Below, in pieces: positions 10,286 to 19,689 of a DNA stretch of 64,000 bases (positions are counted from its first letter, which is position 1; each line of letters begins with the position of its first letter). The translations under genes and the position numbers were made by a program. The notes beneath the pieces are model-generated. The model was given only the letters and a program-made list of their open reading frames with translations, was not told where the DNA came from and searched no databases. Source of the stretch: Planctomycetota bacterium (GTDB lineage Bacteria; Planctomycetota; B15-G4; JADJEK01); assembly GCA_044225365.1 (NCBI GenBank), contig JBGAIQ010000013.1:32001-96000 (forward strand), written 5' to 3'.

Positions 10286-11533
10286 ATGAACTTCTCACGT
10301 CGTGATTTCCTGCGTCGCGGTGCGCTCGCCGTTCCGGCTTCGCTCCTCGCTCCGGGCGCTTTCATCAAGTCGGTTCTCGCCGCGCCCGCGGGCGTCACGA
10401 AGAACCTCATCCTCGTCGAGATGTTCGGCGGCAACGATGGCCTGAACACCATCGTTCCGTGGAACTTCCCGGCCTACTACTCCGAGTTCCGGCCGACGAT
10501 CGGCGTGCCCGACGCGTCGGTCCTGAAAGTGCTGAATCAGCCGGTCGGCTTCAATCCAGGGCTCGCGTCGTTGAAGTCGCACTTCGATCAGGGGCGCGTC
10601 GCGGTCGTCCAGGGCGTCTCCTACCCGAATCCGTCGTTCTCGCACGAATACGCCCAGAGGATCTGGCACACGGGCTCGGTGACGACTTCCACCGATGGTT
10701 GGCTCGCGCGCTACCTCAATCTGTTTCCGACGCCGACATCGCCGGTCGCCGGGGAAGTGCTCGACAACCTCACCGCGCTCACCAGCGGGACCACCGGGTT
10801 CGTTCCCGCTTTCACTTCGATCGACGATCTCGCCTTCCCGTACGACGACTACAACCCCGACGACGCGACGAACCGCAAGACCGCCTTCAACGCGATCGTG
10901 AACGCGCTCGCTGCGGGCAGCGGATCGGTCAACAAGATCGCCGAGAACTCGCGCGGCCTGTCGCAGCTCATCGACACGTTCCAGCAGATCCCGGACGTGA
11001 ACTTTGTCGGGCAATACCCCGACGACTACTTCTCCGATCTCCTGAAGTCGATCGTGCGCGTGATGAACGCGAACATCGGCATGCGCTTCTTCCACGTCGG
11101 GCTCGACGGCTTCGACACGCACAGCGAGCAGAACACCGACGATTATCACAGCGACCGCTTGAAGACGATGGCGGACGGACTGTCCGCCTTGTACGACGAC
11201 CTGAATGCGCTCGGCATGATGCAAGACACGCTCGTCGTCGTGTTCTCCGAGTTCGGCCGCACGGTGTACGAGAACGGCTCGGTGGGCACGGATCACGGAA
11301 CGGTGCTGCCGGTCCTCGTGTTCGGCGGTTCGGGTGTGAACGGCGGCTTCGTCAATTCGCATCCTCCGGTCGATCCGTCGCAACTCGACCCCGTGTGGAA
11401 CGAACTCCAGATGCAGGCCGACTTCCGCGACGTCTTCGGCACGGTGCTGAAGCGCTGGCTCGGCCTCACGCCGGCCGAGGTGCAGACGCTCTTCCTCGGC
11501 TACAACGCGACCGATCTCGGTTTCCTCGTCTGA
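10286..11533 (+). CDS. DUF1501 family Tat-exported protein
   Basis: Tat motif SRRDFL, GGNDGLNT, YPNPSFSH, GFDTH, SEFGRT.ENGS.GTDHG. Standard partner of DUF1800. Confidence 0.9.
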   Translation: MNFSRRDFLRRGALAVPASLLAPGAFIKSVLAAPAGVTKNLILVEMFGGNDGLNTIVPWNFPAYYSEFRPTIGVPDASVLKVLNQPVGFNPGLASLKSHFDQGRVAVVQGVSYPNPSFSHEYAQRIWHTGSVTTSTDGWLARYLNLFPTPTSPVAGEVLDNLTALTSGTTGFVPAFTSIDDLAFPYDDYNPDDATNRKTAFNAIVNALAAGSGSVNKIAENSRGLSQLIDTFQQIPDVNFVGQYPDDYFSDLLKSIVRVMNANIGMRFFHVGLDGFDTHSEQNTDDYHSDRLKTMADGLSALYDDLNALGMMQDTLVVVFSEFGRTVYENGSVGTDHGTVLPVLVFGGSGVNGGFVNSHPPVDPSQLDPVWNELQMQADFRDVFGTVLKRWLGLTPAEVQTLFLGYNATDLGFLV

Positions 11534-11557
11534 CCGGCCGCTCCGCCGGAACTCGAG

Positions 11558-11584
11558 CGCGGTAGGCTGGTCCTACCGCGTTTT
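11558..11584 (+). terminator. Probable intrinsic terminator
   Basis: Perfect 9-bp stem CGCGGTAGG/CCTACCGCG with a 5-nt loop, followed by TTTT, about 25 nt after the DUF1501 stop. Confidence 0.55.
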
Positions 11585-11608
11585 CGTTGCACGGACAGGC
11601 CCACGCCG

Positions 11609-13555
11609 ATGCGCACGTTGCGGATCCTCGCCTTGCTTGCCATCGCCGCCCTGGCGGCCCTGTGGCTGTTCGGTTCGCACGACCCCGTCGCGGACACGCC
11701 GAGCGTCGCGCGACGCAACGATTCGAACTCGACCGAGGCGATGCCCGTCGCACCGAACGTCGCGCCCGTCGTCGCAACGGGTCCCGAAGCGCCGCCGAAT
11801 CGCGTCGCGGTCGAGCCCCGCCCCGATCCATCGCCCGGCGGCAAGACGGGGCATCTTCGCGTTCGAGTCGTGCGCAAGGGTGCGGTCGAGGACGTCGCGT
11901 TCGAGGCCGCGCTCGAAGTGGGTCGCGAGGCGCCACGCATGGTCGCGGGACGACATGGGCTCGCCGAGATCGATTCCGTCCCGGTCGGAGTTCCGTTGCG
12001 AGTCGTCGCGGTGGTGAAGGGATCGGAGTACGCGCCGAAGGGCGAAGTCGCCGGACCCCCGAGCGAGGGAGCGACGAGCGAAGTCACGATCGGGCTCGAC
12101 GATGCACCGACGCTCCGACTGCGTCTCCTTCGCCCCGACCGCACTCCCGTCGCGAACACGAAGGTCCGCGTCTCTCGCGACGACTCGAACGGGTCCACGC
12201 TCACGTCGATCCGCTTCGAGGTGGAGACCGACGAGCTCGGATACGTCGACTTCAACGGGGCGGCGTTCCCCCGCGGCTCGACTCGCTCGTTCCAGTTCGA
12301 AGCGCCGAGCACGCACAAGAAGATGATCGGCGAGATCGCACTCTCGCGAGCGTTGTGCGAAGGCGAGAACGACCTCGGGGACCTCGTGCTCACCGCGCTG
12401 CCTTTCATCGCGAGCGGTCGCGTCGTCGACTCGTCGGGAAGTCCCGTCGCCGGCGCTCAGGTCGAACTCGTCGTGCATGGAGATGGTCCCGGTCGATTCG
12501 GCGCCACCTCGGATTGGGACGGTACCGATCTGTCGGCGGCTACGGCGATCGACGGCGCGTTCGAGCTCGATGGCGTCGTTTCAGGTCGTCTCGCGCTCGT
12601 TGCGAAGTCCGAGTCCGGGCAAAGCGCACGTGTCGAGTTCGAGAGCGGAGCGAAGGGCATCGAGTTGATGTTGATCGAGAAGGGCGCGATCGAAGGCTCC
12701 TTGCGAATGCCCGCGGGATTCCCGACCGATCTGCTGCGACCGGAGTTGCTCGACGCGGAGGTGCCGGCGTCGTCGATGATCGGCGCGACGGCGGAGACGA
12801 GGATTTCAGAAGACGGCAGCTTCGTCTTTCGAGCGCTGGCGGCCAAGCGCTACGACTTCGCGATCCGCGGCAGTCATCCCGATCCCATCGTCGTCGTGAA
12901 GGGAGTCGACGTCGCACCGGGTCGCACGACGCACGATCCGCGGATGCAGGAGATGCAGCTCGAAGCGCAGATCGGCATCCTTCAGGTCGAGGTCGTCGAC
13001 GCAGCGAATGCCCCGCTCGACGCGAGTGTGATGGTGAAGGCGCGCACGCGCCTCGAATCGTCGGGGGCCGCCCAGAGAGGTCGCGGCGTCTTCGTCGTCG
13101 TGACGCAGGGGCAAGGCCAGGATCTGATCGTCAGCGCGTCGGGATACGTCCCTCAGCAGATCGTCGACGCCAAGGCATCACCCCTGCCCCTTCGCGTCGT
13201 GCTCGCGCGCGCGATGAGCGTCGAATTCACGGTGGCGGGCGAGTTCTCGCTCGACTCCGGCAAGTCGCGGCTCGCGGTACGACTCGAACCGACCGCGAAG
13301 ACCATCGAGTCCATTCCCGATACGCTCGAATCGATGACGGACGAAGCCGTGCCGTTCGATTCGGAGCGCAAGGCGCGGATCGGCGTTGCGTTTCCTGGCG
13401 AGTATCGAGTCGTTCTCGGGCTTCGCGAGCCCTTCGGATCGATGTCGATCCTGCGCACGATCGGTGAAGCGAAGGCGGTGCGAGTCGACTCGTCGGGCGA
13501 GCAGCACTTCACTCTCGAGGTGCCTCCCGAGGTCCGCGCCACGCTCGATGCGTAG
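11609..13555 (+). CDS. Membrane-anchored protein with carboxypeptidase-regulatory-like (prealbumin-like) beta-sandwich repeats
   Basis: N-terminal hydrophobic anchor. Repeats such as GRVVDSSGSPVAGAQV and DG.F.L/F typical of this fold. Confidence 0.7.
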   Translation: MRTLRILALLAIAALAALWLFGSHDPVADTPSVARRNDSNSTEAMPVAPNVAPVVATGPEAPPNRVAVEPRPDPSPGGKTGHLRVRVVRKGAVEDVAFEAALEVGREAPRMVAGRHGLAEIDSVPVGVPLRVVAVVKGSEYAPKGEVAGPPSEGATSEVTIGLDDAPTLRLRLLRPDRTPVANTKVRVSRDDSNGSTLTSIRFEVETDELGYVDFNGAAFPRGSTRSFQFEAPSTHKKMIGEIALSRALCEGENDLGDLVLTALPFIASGRVVDSSGSPVAGAQVELVVHGDGPGRFGATSDWDGTDLSAATAIDGAFELDGVVSGRLALVAKSESGQSARVEFESGAKGIELMLIEKGAIEGSLRMPAGFPTDLLRPELLDAEVPASSMIGATAETRISEDGSFVFRALAAKRYDFAIRGSHPDPIVVVKGVDVAPGRTTHDPRMQEMQLEAQIGILQVEVVDAANAPLDASVMVKARTRLESSGAAQRGRGVFVVVTQGQGQDLIVSASGYVPQQIVDAKASPLPLRVVLARAMSVEFTVAGEFSLDSGKSRLAVRLEPTAKTIESIPDTLESMTDEAVPFDSERKARIGVAFPGEYRVVLGLREPFGSMSILRTIGEAKAVRVDSSGEQHFTLEVPPEVRATLDA

Positions 13556-13557
13556 CG

Positions 13558-15048
13558 TCAGCGGTTGTACGGAAACGGGCTGATCCAATTGAACCCGCGC
13601 TTGGTCAGCTCGAAGTCCTCGGGCGTTCTTCGCCGAGCGCGGATCGAATAGGTGTGCCCGTCGAGCTGTCCATCGAACTGGAAGACCTTGGGCTCGACCT
13701 CGCGATACGTCCAGGTGTAACGAGCTTTCGGAGGGGCCGGCTCCGCCGGAGCGGTCGTCGTGCCCGCCGTGGCTTGGGGCGTGGGTCGGCCGCGCGGTGA
13801 CGAAGAGCGCGGATCGGTGAGCGTAATCGTCTGCGCCTTGGGATCGATCTCGGACGAGAACGCGCGCAGCGAACCATTCATGAGGTAGACGTGCAGGAAT
13901 TGGGGATAGTCCGAAACGAACCGGTTCCAGCGCAAAGGATCCGTCGTGAGAGGCGGCAACTCGGCGCCATCGCGCGAGAATCGTTCGACGTCGTAGACGC
14001 CGAGCAAGGGCGACTTCTCTCGGCCTTCGCCGAACGGCCCGTTGTAGCGATCGAGACCGGAGTCGATTCCAGAGTACGCGACGGAGGCGATCCAGAACAA
14101 CGTGAGAACGGTCACGACGTGGTTCGCGGCGGGCGACGAGAAGGGTCCCGTGAGATCGCGCGGCGGTGCCGGGCGATTGAACACGAGAACGGCGAGCAGG
14201 CGCGAAGCATCGGGGATCGTGATCGCGATGGCGAGGACGAGGTAGTACGTGGCGTAGAGCTTCACGGGCACGTCGTACGCGTAGTTCAACATGCATACGT
14301 TCGTCATCACGCCGACGACGACGAGAGCGCCGAGCGTGGCCGTGCGTCGGAAGCAGAGCAGGATCCCGCCGACCACTTCTCCGAGTCCGGCGAAAACCGT
14401 GTACGCGGTCGAGAAGCCCATGAATCGCCAGACGAGGCCCATGGGCGATTGATCGCCGATGGGCAGCAGAAGTTCCGCGAGCCCCGGCGACACGAACTGA
14501 TTCTTGATCACTTTCGCGTAGCCGTAGCCGAACATCGTCGACGCCAGGAAGAATCGGGCTCCGACCCACAGGAGCCTGGAGGTTCGTGGGAAGGAGCGGG
14601 AGGGCCAGGTGAGCGCGGTCCACAGGATCGTGGGCACGATCGAGATCAATGCGATGAGCACGACCTGGGCGTAGTCGTAGTTCTTGTCGCCGCTGCCGGA
14701 GGGTGCCGGATCGTACGTCTTCGCGAAGCCAAGCACGTGGTTTCCGAACCAATCGACCGCCTCCTGCCACCGCGAGAACACCCAACCGAGGGCGTGATCC
14801 CCGTAGACCGCGCCCCAGAATGCGTTCACGTGTTCGGTGATCCCGAGCTTCTCGTAGAGCGCCGCCGGAACCGCCTGCAGCAGCGAGAGGGGAAAGCCTC
14901 GGAAGAACGAGGTGATGCAGAAGAACACGAACGCGTAACGAAAGACGATCAGCGTCGCCTTGGAGACCTGGCGCGGAGGTGCGGTCTCGCTTCCCGCAAA
15001 TCGCACTCTCGTGGTCGGAACAGAGTTCGCCGCCTCCGTTGCAATCAT
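13558..15048 (-). CDS. DoxX-like multi-pass membrane protein
   Basis: Several TM segments. YGYAKVIKNQF, SPMGLVWRFMGFS, NYAYDVPVK, terminal RGFNWIS..P.NR. Confidence 0.7.
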   Translation of the reverse strand: MIATEAANSVPTTRVRFAGSETAPPRQVSKATLIVFRYAFVFFCITSFFRGFPLSLLQAVPAALYEKLGITEHVNAFWGAVYGDHALGWVFSRWQEAVDWFGNHVLGFAKTYDPAPSGSGDKNYDYAQVVLIALISIVPTILWTALTWPSRSFPRTSRLLWVGARFFLASTMFGYGYAKVIKNQFVSPGLAELLLPIGDQSPMGLVWRFMGFSTAYTVFAGLGEVVGGILLCFRRTATLGALVVVGVMTNVCMLNYAYDVPVKLYATYYLVLAIAITIPDASRLLAVLVFNRPAPPRDLTGPFSSPAANHVVTVLTLFWIASVAYSGIDSGLDRYNGPFGEGREKSPLLGVYDVERFSRDGAELPPLTTDPLRWNRFVSDYPQFLHVYLMNGSLRAFSSEIDPKAQTITLTDPRSSSPRGRPTPQATAGTTTAPAEPAPPKARYTWTYREVEPKVFQFDGQLDGHTYSIRARRRTPEDFELTKRGFNWISPFPYNR

Positions 15049-15235
15049 GGGGCATTCCTCGAGATCAAGAGTCGCCGATCCACCGAATACGCGCGGATCC
15101 TACCGTCGTTGGAACGGGAAGTGGGGGCGACGGAGGGTCGTGGGAAGGGTTGCCGCACTCAAGGCATCGCCAACAGATCGCGATGCGCGCCGTAGGGTGC
15201 GAAAGGACCTCGCTGCGAAAGGCAAGCCGTGTCGA

Positions 15236-15931
15236 ATGGACCACCGCCCCTGCTTCGTCGCCCTGACCTTTCTCGCCCTTCTGAGTATGCGGGGCTTGCG
15301 GGGCGCGTGGCCCGATCCACTCGATCCCGCCCATCTCGATCGAAAGGGCGTCGTCGTCGAGCGGGTACGCTTCCAGGACCGTGATGCGTCGAGAGTGATG
15401 AGTGCCGACGGCCCACTCGGCGACGGCGGGATCGCGATCGTGAAGGACACGGACTTCGCGAACGGGTCGATCTTGGTCGACCTTGCCGGTCAGGTGCGCG
15501 AGGGAGCGAATCCGACGGCGCGCGGATTCATAGGAGTCGCGTTCCGTGTGCAGGACGATGGCGGCAAGTACGAGTGCTTCTATTTGCGGCCGACGAACGG
15601 CCGCGCCGAGGAGCAACTGCGCCGCAATCACTCGACGCAGTACATCTCGCATCCCGAGTATCCGTGGGAACGACTGCGAAGCGAGCATCCCGGCGAGTAC
15701 GAGTCCTACGTCGACCTCGTTCCCGGCGCGTGGATGTCGCTGCGCATCGACGTCGACGGAACCGACGCGCGGTTGTTCGTGAACACTTCCGAACAGCCGT
15801 GTCTCGTCGTTCACGACTTGAAGCTCGGGACGGTCCACGGTCCGGTCGCGCTATGGATCGGCTCCGGGACCGAGGCGTACTTCGCCAATCTGCGGATCGT
15901 TCCAGCGGACGTGCCGAGTTCGGGCAAGTAG
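15236..15931 (+). CDS. Exported hypothetical protein (concanavalin-like/DUF1080-like fold)
   Basis: Signal-like N-terminus. RGFIGVAFR, FYLRPTNGR, RRNHSTQY, ALWIGSGTEAYFANL. Confidence 0.65.
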   Translation: MDHRPCFVALTFLALLSMRGLRGAWPDPLDPAHLDRKGVVVERVRFQDRDASRVMSADGPLGDGGIAIVKDTDFANGSILVDLAGQVREGANPTARGFIGVAFRVQDDGGKYECFYLRPTNGRAEEQLRRNHSTQYISHPEYPWERLRSEHPGEYESYVDLVPGAWMSLRIDVDGTDARLFVNTSEQPCLVVHDLKLGTVHGPVALWIGSGTEAYFANLRIVPADVPSSGK

Positions 15932-15938
15932 GCGGCGG

Positions 15939-17045
15939 TCAACGGAACGAGTTCACGGCGTCGATCGCCGCGTCGATCGTGCCGCTCGGCGCCTGCGGAT
16001 AGATGGGCAAGGAGAGGATCGTGGCGACCGCGGCTTCGGCGTTCTTGCACGGTCTCGACGCTGCGGCGTGCGGGCGCAGCGCGGTCATCTGAGTCAATGC
16101 GCGCGGGTAGTGGATCAATGTCTCCACGCCCTTCTTCGCAAGATGGGCGCGCAACGCGTCGCGCCGATCCGAGCGCACGACGAATTGGTGGTACACGTGA
16201 TGACGTCGCGGCGACTCGATGGGCAGCGAAACCGCGGGATTTTGAATCTCGCGGCGATAGCGGTCCGCCGTCGCGCGTCGAGTGGCATTGCCTGCTTCCA
16301 GCGCCTTCGAGCGCACGCGAAGGATCGCGGCATGGATCTCGTCGAGTCGCGAATTCTGACCGGTCTCGACGCAGTCGTAGCCGTCGACCTGGCCGTAGAA
16401 GCGCAGTCGCTTCACTCGCTCCATGAGGGCGTCGTCGTTCGTGACGATCGCACCGCCGTCGCCGAACGTGCCGAGATTCTTCGTCGGATAGAAACTGAAG
16501 CACGCGAGACGACCGAACGTGCCGGCCTGCTGGCCGTCGAACTTCGCGCCGTGCGCTTGGGCCGCGTCCTCGATCACGGGAATGCCGTGCTTCCCCCCGA
16601 TCGCGAGGATTTCGTCGATCGCGGCGAACTGGCCGTAGAGGTGGACCGGCACGATGGCTTTCACGTTCTTTCCGATGGAGGCTTCGAGTTCGTTCGGATC
16701 CATCGTGAACGATCGAGGATCGATGTCGACGAGGACGGGATTCGCGCCGAGCGCCTTCACGGCCATCGCGGTGGGAATCGCCGTGAGCGCCGGGATCGCG
16801 ACGCCATCGCCCGCCTTCACGTCGAGCGCGCGCAGAGCGAGCGTGAGCGCGTCCGTCGCATTCGCGACGCCGATCGCGTGCTTCACGCCGATCGATCGGG
16901 CGTATTCGTGCTCGAACGCCTTCACCTCGTTGCCGAGGACGTACCAACCCGAATCGAGGGCGCGCTCGATGGCGGCGAGGATCTCCGCCTTCTGCTCGAG
17001 ATAACCGGCGCGCAGATCGTGGAACGGATGCGAGCCGCCGCTCAT
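15939..17045 (-). CDS. DegT/DnrJ/EryC1/StrS family PLP-dependent sugar aminotransferase
   Basis: PVHLYGQ, EDAAQAHGA, FSFYPTKNLG (PLP Lys), NSRLDEI. Confidence 0.93.
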   Translation of the reverse strand: MSGGSHPFHDLRAGYLEQKAEILAAIERALDSGWYVLGNEVKAFEHEYARSIGVKHAIGVANATDALTLALRALDVKAGDGVAIPALTAIPTAMAVKALGANPVLVDIDPRSFTMDPNELEASIGKNVKAIVPVHLYGQFAAIDEILAIGGKHGIPVIEDAAQAHGAKFDGQQAGTFGRLACFSFYPTKNLGTFGDGGAIVTNDDALMERVKRLRFYGQVDGYDCVETGQNSRLDEIHAAILRVRSKALEAGNATRRATADRYRREIQNPAVSLPIESPRRHHVYHQFVVRSDRRDALRAHLAKKGVETLIHYPRALTQMTALRPHAAASRPCKNAEAAVATILSLPIYPQAPSGTIDAAIDAVNSFR

Positions 17046-18061
17046 CGATAATGCTCCAGGTTCGTCGCGTAGAACTCGAGCGTACGGCGAAGACCTTCGT
17101 CGAGCGAGATGCGCGGCAGCCAACCGAGCGAGCGACGGATCGATTCGCTCGTGCCATAGTAGCTGCCGATGTCGATGCGCTTCTTCTCGGGCGGGAACGG
17201 CACGAGGCGAATCGAGCCCTTCTTGGCGATCTCGATCAACTTCTCCGCGAGGGCCTTGAGACTGATCGGCGGATCGCCGGAGAGGTTGTAGACCTGTCCA
17301 TTCGCATCGTCGCTCGCAGCGGCCATCAGGAATGCGTCTACAACGTCGTCGACGTAGTTGAGATCGCGCACTTGGAGGCCGTCGCCGTAGAGTTGGATCT
17401 CGCGGCCTTCGACGATCGTCCGCACGAACGTTGCGATGAAGCCCTGGCGGTCGTGCTTCACGAGCTGCCGCGGGCCGAAGGTATTCGTGAGGCGGAGCGA
17501 TGTCGCCTTGATGCCGTAGACGTCGTGATAGAGCAGATGGTACTGCTCGCCCGCAACCTTGTTCACGCCGTTGACGTCGACGGGATGAACGGGGTGACGC
17601 TCGTCGACCGGCAGGTACTGTGGCTTGCCGTAGACCTGTCGCGAGCAGGCGAAGACGATCTTCACGCCGCGATTGTTGAGCCGGCAGGATTCGAGGATCG
17701 AGAGCTGTGAGCGGCAGTTGATGTCGAGATCCACGAACGGATCGCGCATGCTGTCGATGTGGCTCACCTGGCCCGCGAGATTGAACAGGTAGTCGCGACC
17801 CTGGATCAGGTGGTCCATCGACGAGCGATCGCGAACGTCGGCGATGTTGACCGTGACAGCGTTCTCGATGCCCCGGATGTTGTGGAGCGATCCGCCGTAC
17901 TCCGGGATCATCGAGTCCATGAGCGTGACGCGCGCGCCGAGCTTCACGAGTTTGTGCGCGAGATTGCTGCCGATGAAGCCGAGCCCGCCCGTGACGAGGC
18001 AGTTCTTGCCGCGGAAGGCTCGATACGCCGTTTCGAGCTGTGGCGACGTGGTCTCCGGCAT
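17042..18061 (-). CDS. NAD-dependent nucleotide-sugar epimerase/dehydratase (extended SDR)
   Basis: TGGLGFIGS, NLAGQVSH, RLTNTFGPRQ, GDGLQVRD. The usual YxxxK position reads NGVNK. Start overlaps the GT2 stop (TGATG). Confidence 0.9.
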   Translation of the reverse strand: MPETTSPQLETAYRAFRGKNCLVTGGLGFIGSNLAHKLVKLGARVTLMDSMIPEYGGSLHNIRGIENAVTVNIADVRDRSSMDHLIQGRDYLFNLAGQVSHIDSMRDPFVDLDINCRSQLSILESCRLNNRGVKIVFACSRQVYGKPQYLPVDERHPVHPVDVNGVNKVAGEQYHLLYHDVYGIKATSLRLTNTFGPRQLVKHDRQGFIATFVRTIVEGREIQLYGDGLQVRDLNYVDDVVDAFLMAAASDDANGQVYNLSGDPPISLKALAEKLIEIAKKGSIRLVPFPPEKKRIDIGSYYGTSESIRRSLGWLPRISLDEGLRRTLEFYATNLEHYR

Positions 18062-18816
18062 CAGCGTTTGCCGATCTTCTTGTTCACGATCAGCTCCCAC
18101 CACAGGCGGAACATCCCGAGCAACGTACGCGCGACGCGCGGGAAGTTGAAGAACTGCGACTTGCCGTGCAGTCGATGGTAGTGATGGACGCCGACCTGGT
18201 TCACGGCGAAGCCGTTCTTCTCGATCTTCGTCACGAGTTCCACGCAGATGAGACCGGTATCGCGGGTGAGATCGAACTTCTCGAACACGGAGCGCTTGAT
18301 CAGGCGGAAGTCGCAGTCGACGTCCTTGATGCGCAAGCCGAACGCGATCTTCACGAACGTGTGATAGAGCTTGCCGACGATCTTGCGATGCAGAGGATCC
18401 GATCGCGAGATCTTGAATCCATTGACGAGGTCGGCCCCCTCGCGCGCTTCCCAGAGTTGCTTCAATTCGCGCACGTCGTACTGCGCATCGCCGTCGGTGT
18501 AGAACACCCATTCCTTGGTCGCGGCCGCGAAGCCGCTGCGGAGCGCGCCGCCGTAGCCTCGATTCCTCTCGTGCGTCACGACCTTGAGGTGCGGTTCGAC
18601 GCGCTGGAGTTCTGCGAGGATGAGGCCCGTGTGGTCCGGACTCGCATCGTTGACGACGATGATCTCGTAGTCGTTCGTGAGCTCACGAAGCACTGCGGCC
18701 GACAACACGACGAGGCTGCCGATGGTGCCCCAATCGTTGTAAGCGGGGAAGAAGACGGAGATTCCCGACTTCTCGAGAGAGGCCGGGAGATGGGAGTTCG
18801 CGGGGTCCGCGATCAT
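18061..18816 (-). CDS. Glycosyltransferase family 2 (polyprenol-phosphate glycosyltransferase, DPM1/ArnC-like); start uncertain (18816 or 18855)
   Basis: SVFFPAYND, IIVVNDASPD.T, NRGYGGAL..G, YTDGDAQY, DVDCDFRL. Confidence 0.9.
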   Translation of the reverse strand: MIADPANSHLPASLEKSGISVFFPAYNDWGTIGSLVVLSAAVLRELTNDYEIIVVNDASPDHTGLILAELQRVEPHLKVVTHERNRGYGGALRSGFAAATKEWVFYTDGDAQYDVRELKQLWEAREGADLVNGFKISRSDPLHRKIVGKLYHTFVKIAFGLRIKDVDCDFRLIKRSVFEKFDLTRDTGLICVELVTKIEKNGFAVNQVGVHHYHRLHGKSQFFNFPRVARTLLGMFRLWWELIVNKKIGKR

Positions 18817-18886
18817 GAGGTCCAGCAAGCTGTCGTCGGTCGTTACGGGAGGCAAAAGGTACGCCAGGCCGGGCGTGAAAGCAAAC

Positions 18887-19642
18887 TCAGCCGGGACGCT
18901 TCAGCACCGCGAACAGCGACAGGCCGGGAGGGAGCGGAACGTGCGGAAACAGGAACGCTTCGACGCGCAGGAGAGTGGCGAGCAGCGAGTTCACGACCGG
19001 GGGCGGCGAAGAAACGTCCGAGCTCGCCGGCGAATTGCGGTTCAGCAGACGCCACGCGGCAAGGACGGGGAAGAGCGTGGAGTTCCAGTAGCCGAGGCGG
19101 GTCACCTCGAGCCTCGCGATCTTCGCCATCTCGCGAATGCGGCGCTTCGTGTAGCGGCGCGCTCCATGGATCGTCTTGTCGTGCGCACTCGCGAGGAACG
19201 GATGCGCGGGGAGGTTGAGGAGGACGGAGCCTCCGGGCTTCACGACGCGTGCCATCTCGGAGAGGGCGGAGGCGTCGTTCTCCACTGCGCGGTGATACAG
19301 CACGTCGAGGCTGATGACGGCGTCGACCGACTCATCGGCGAGCGGGATCCGATCGACGCTGGCACGGACGAGATTCTTCGCTCCGCGCAATCGCGCATGA
19401 TCGAGCGCGATCGAACTCGCATCGATTCCCACCGCTTCGCATCCCATCGCGGTGAGCGCCGTGAGGACGCCGCCCGTTCCGCAACCCGCATCGAGGACGC
19501 GGGGTTTGGTCGCCGTGCACGTTGCGAGCGCGCGACGCATTTCGGCTAAAGCCAGAGCGTGCAGGCCGCGATACCAGAAATGACTCGTCTCGTGTTCGAA
19601 GACGCGCGCGTATTCTTGCGGATCCACGCCTTCGTCATACAC
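18887..19642 (-). CDS. Class I SAM-dependent methyltransferase
   Basis: HFWYRG, VLDAGCGTG, DVLYH, KPGG, HD....ARRY. Confidence 0.88.
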   Translation of the reverse strand: MYDEGVDPQEYARVFEHETSHFWYRGLHALALAEMRRALATCTATKPRVLDAGCGTGGVLTALTAMGCEAVGIDASSIALDHARLRGAKNLVRASVDRIPLADESVDAVISLDVLYHRAVENDASALSEMARVVKPGGSVLLNLPAHPFLASAHDKTIHGARRYTKRRIREMAKIARLEVTRLGYWNSTLFPVLAAWRLLNRNSPASSDVSSPPPVVNSLLATLLRVEAFLFPHVPLPPGLSLFAVLKRPG

Positions 19643-19689
19643 TTTTGCGTGCGACTCCGAATCCGACTCGAGGAGCCGCTTCAGCCCGA

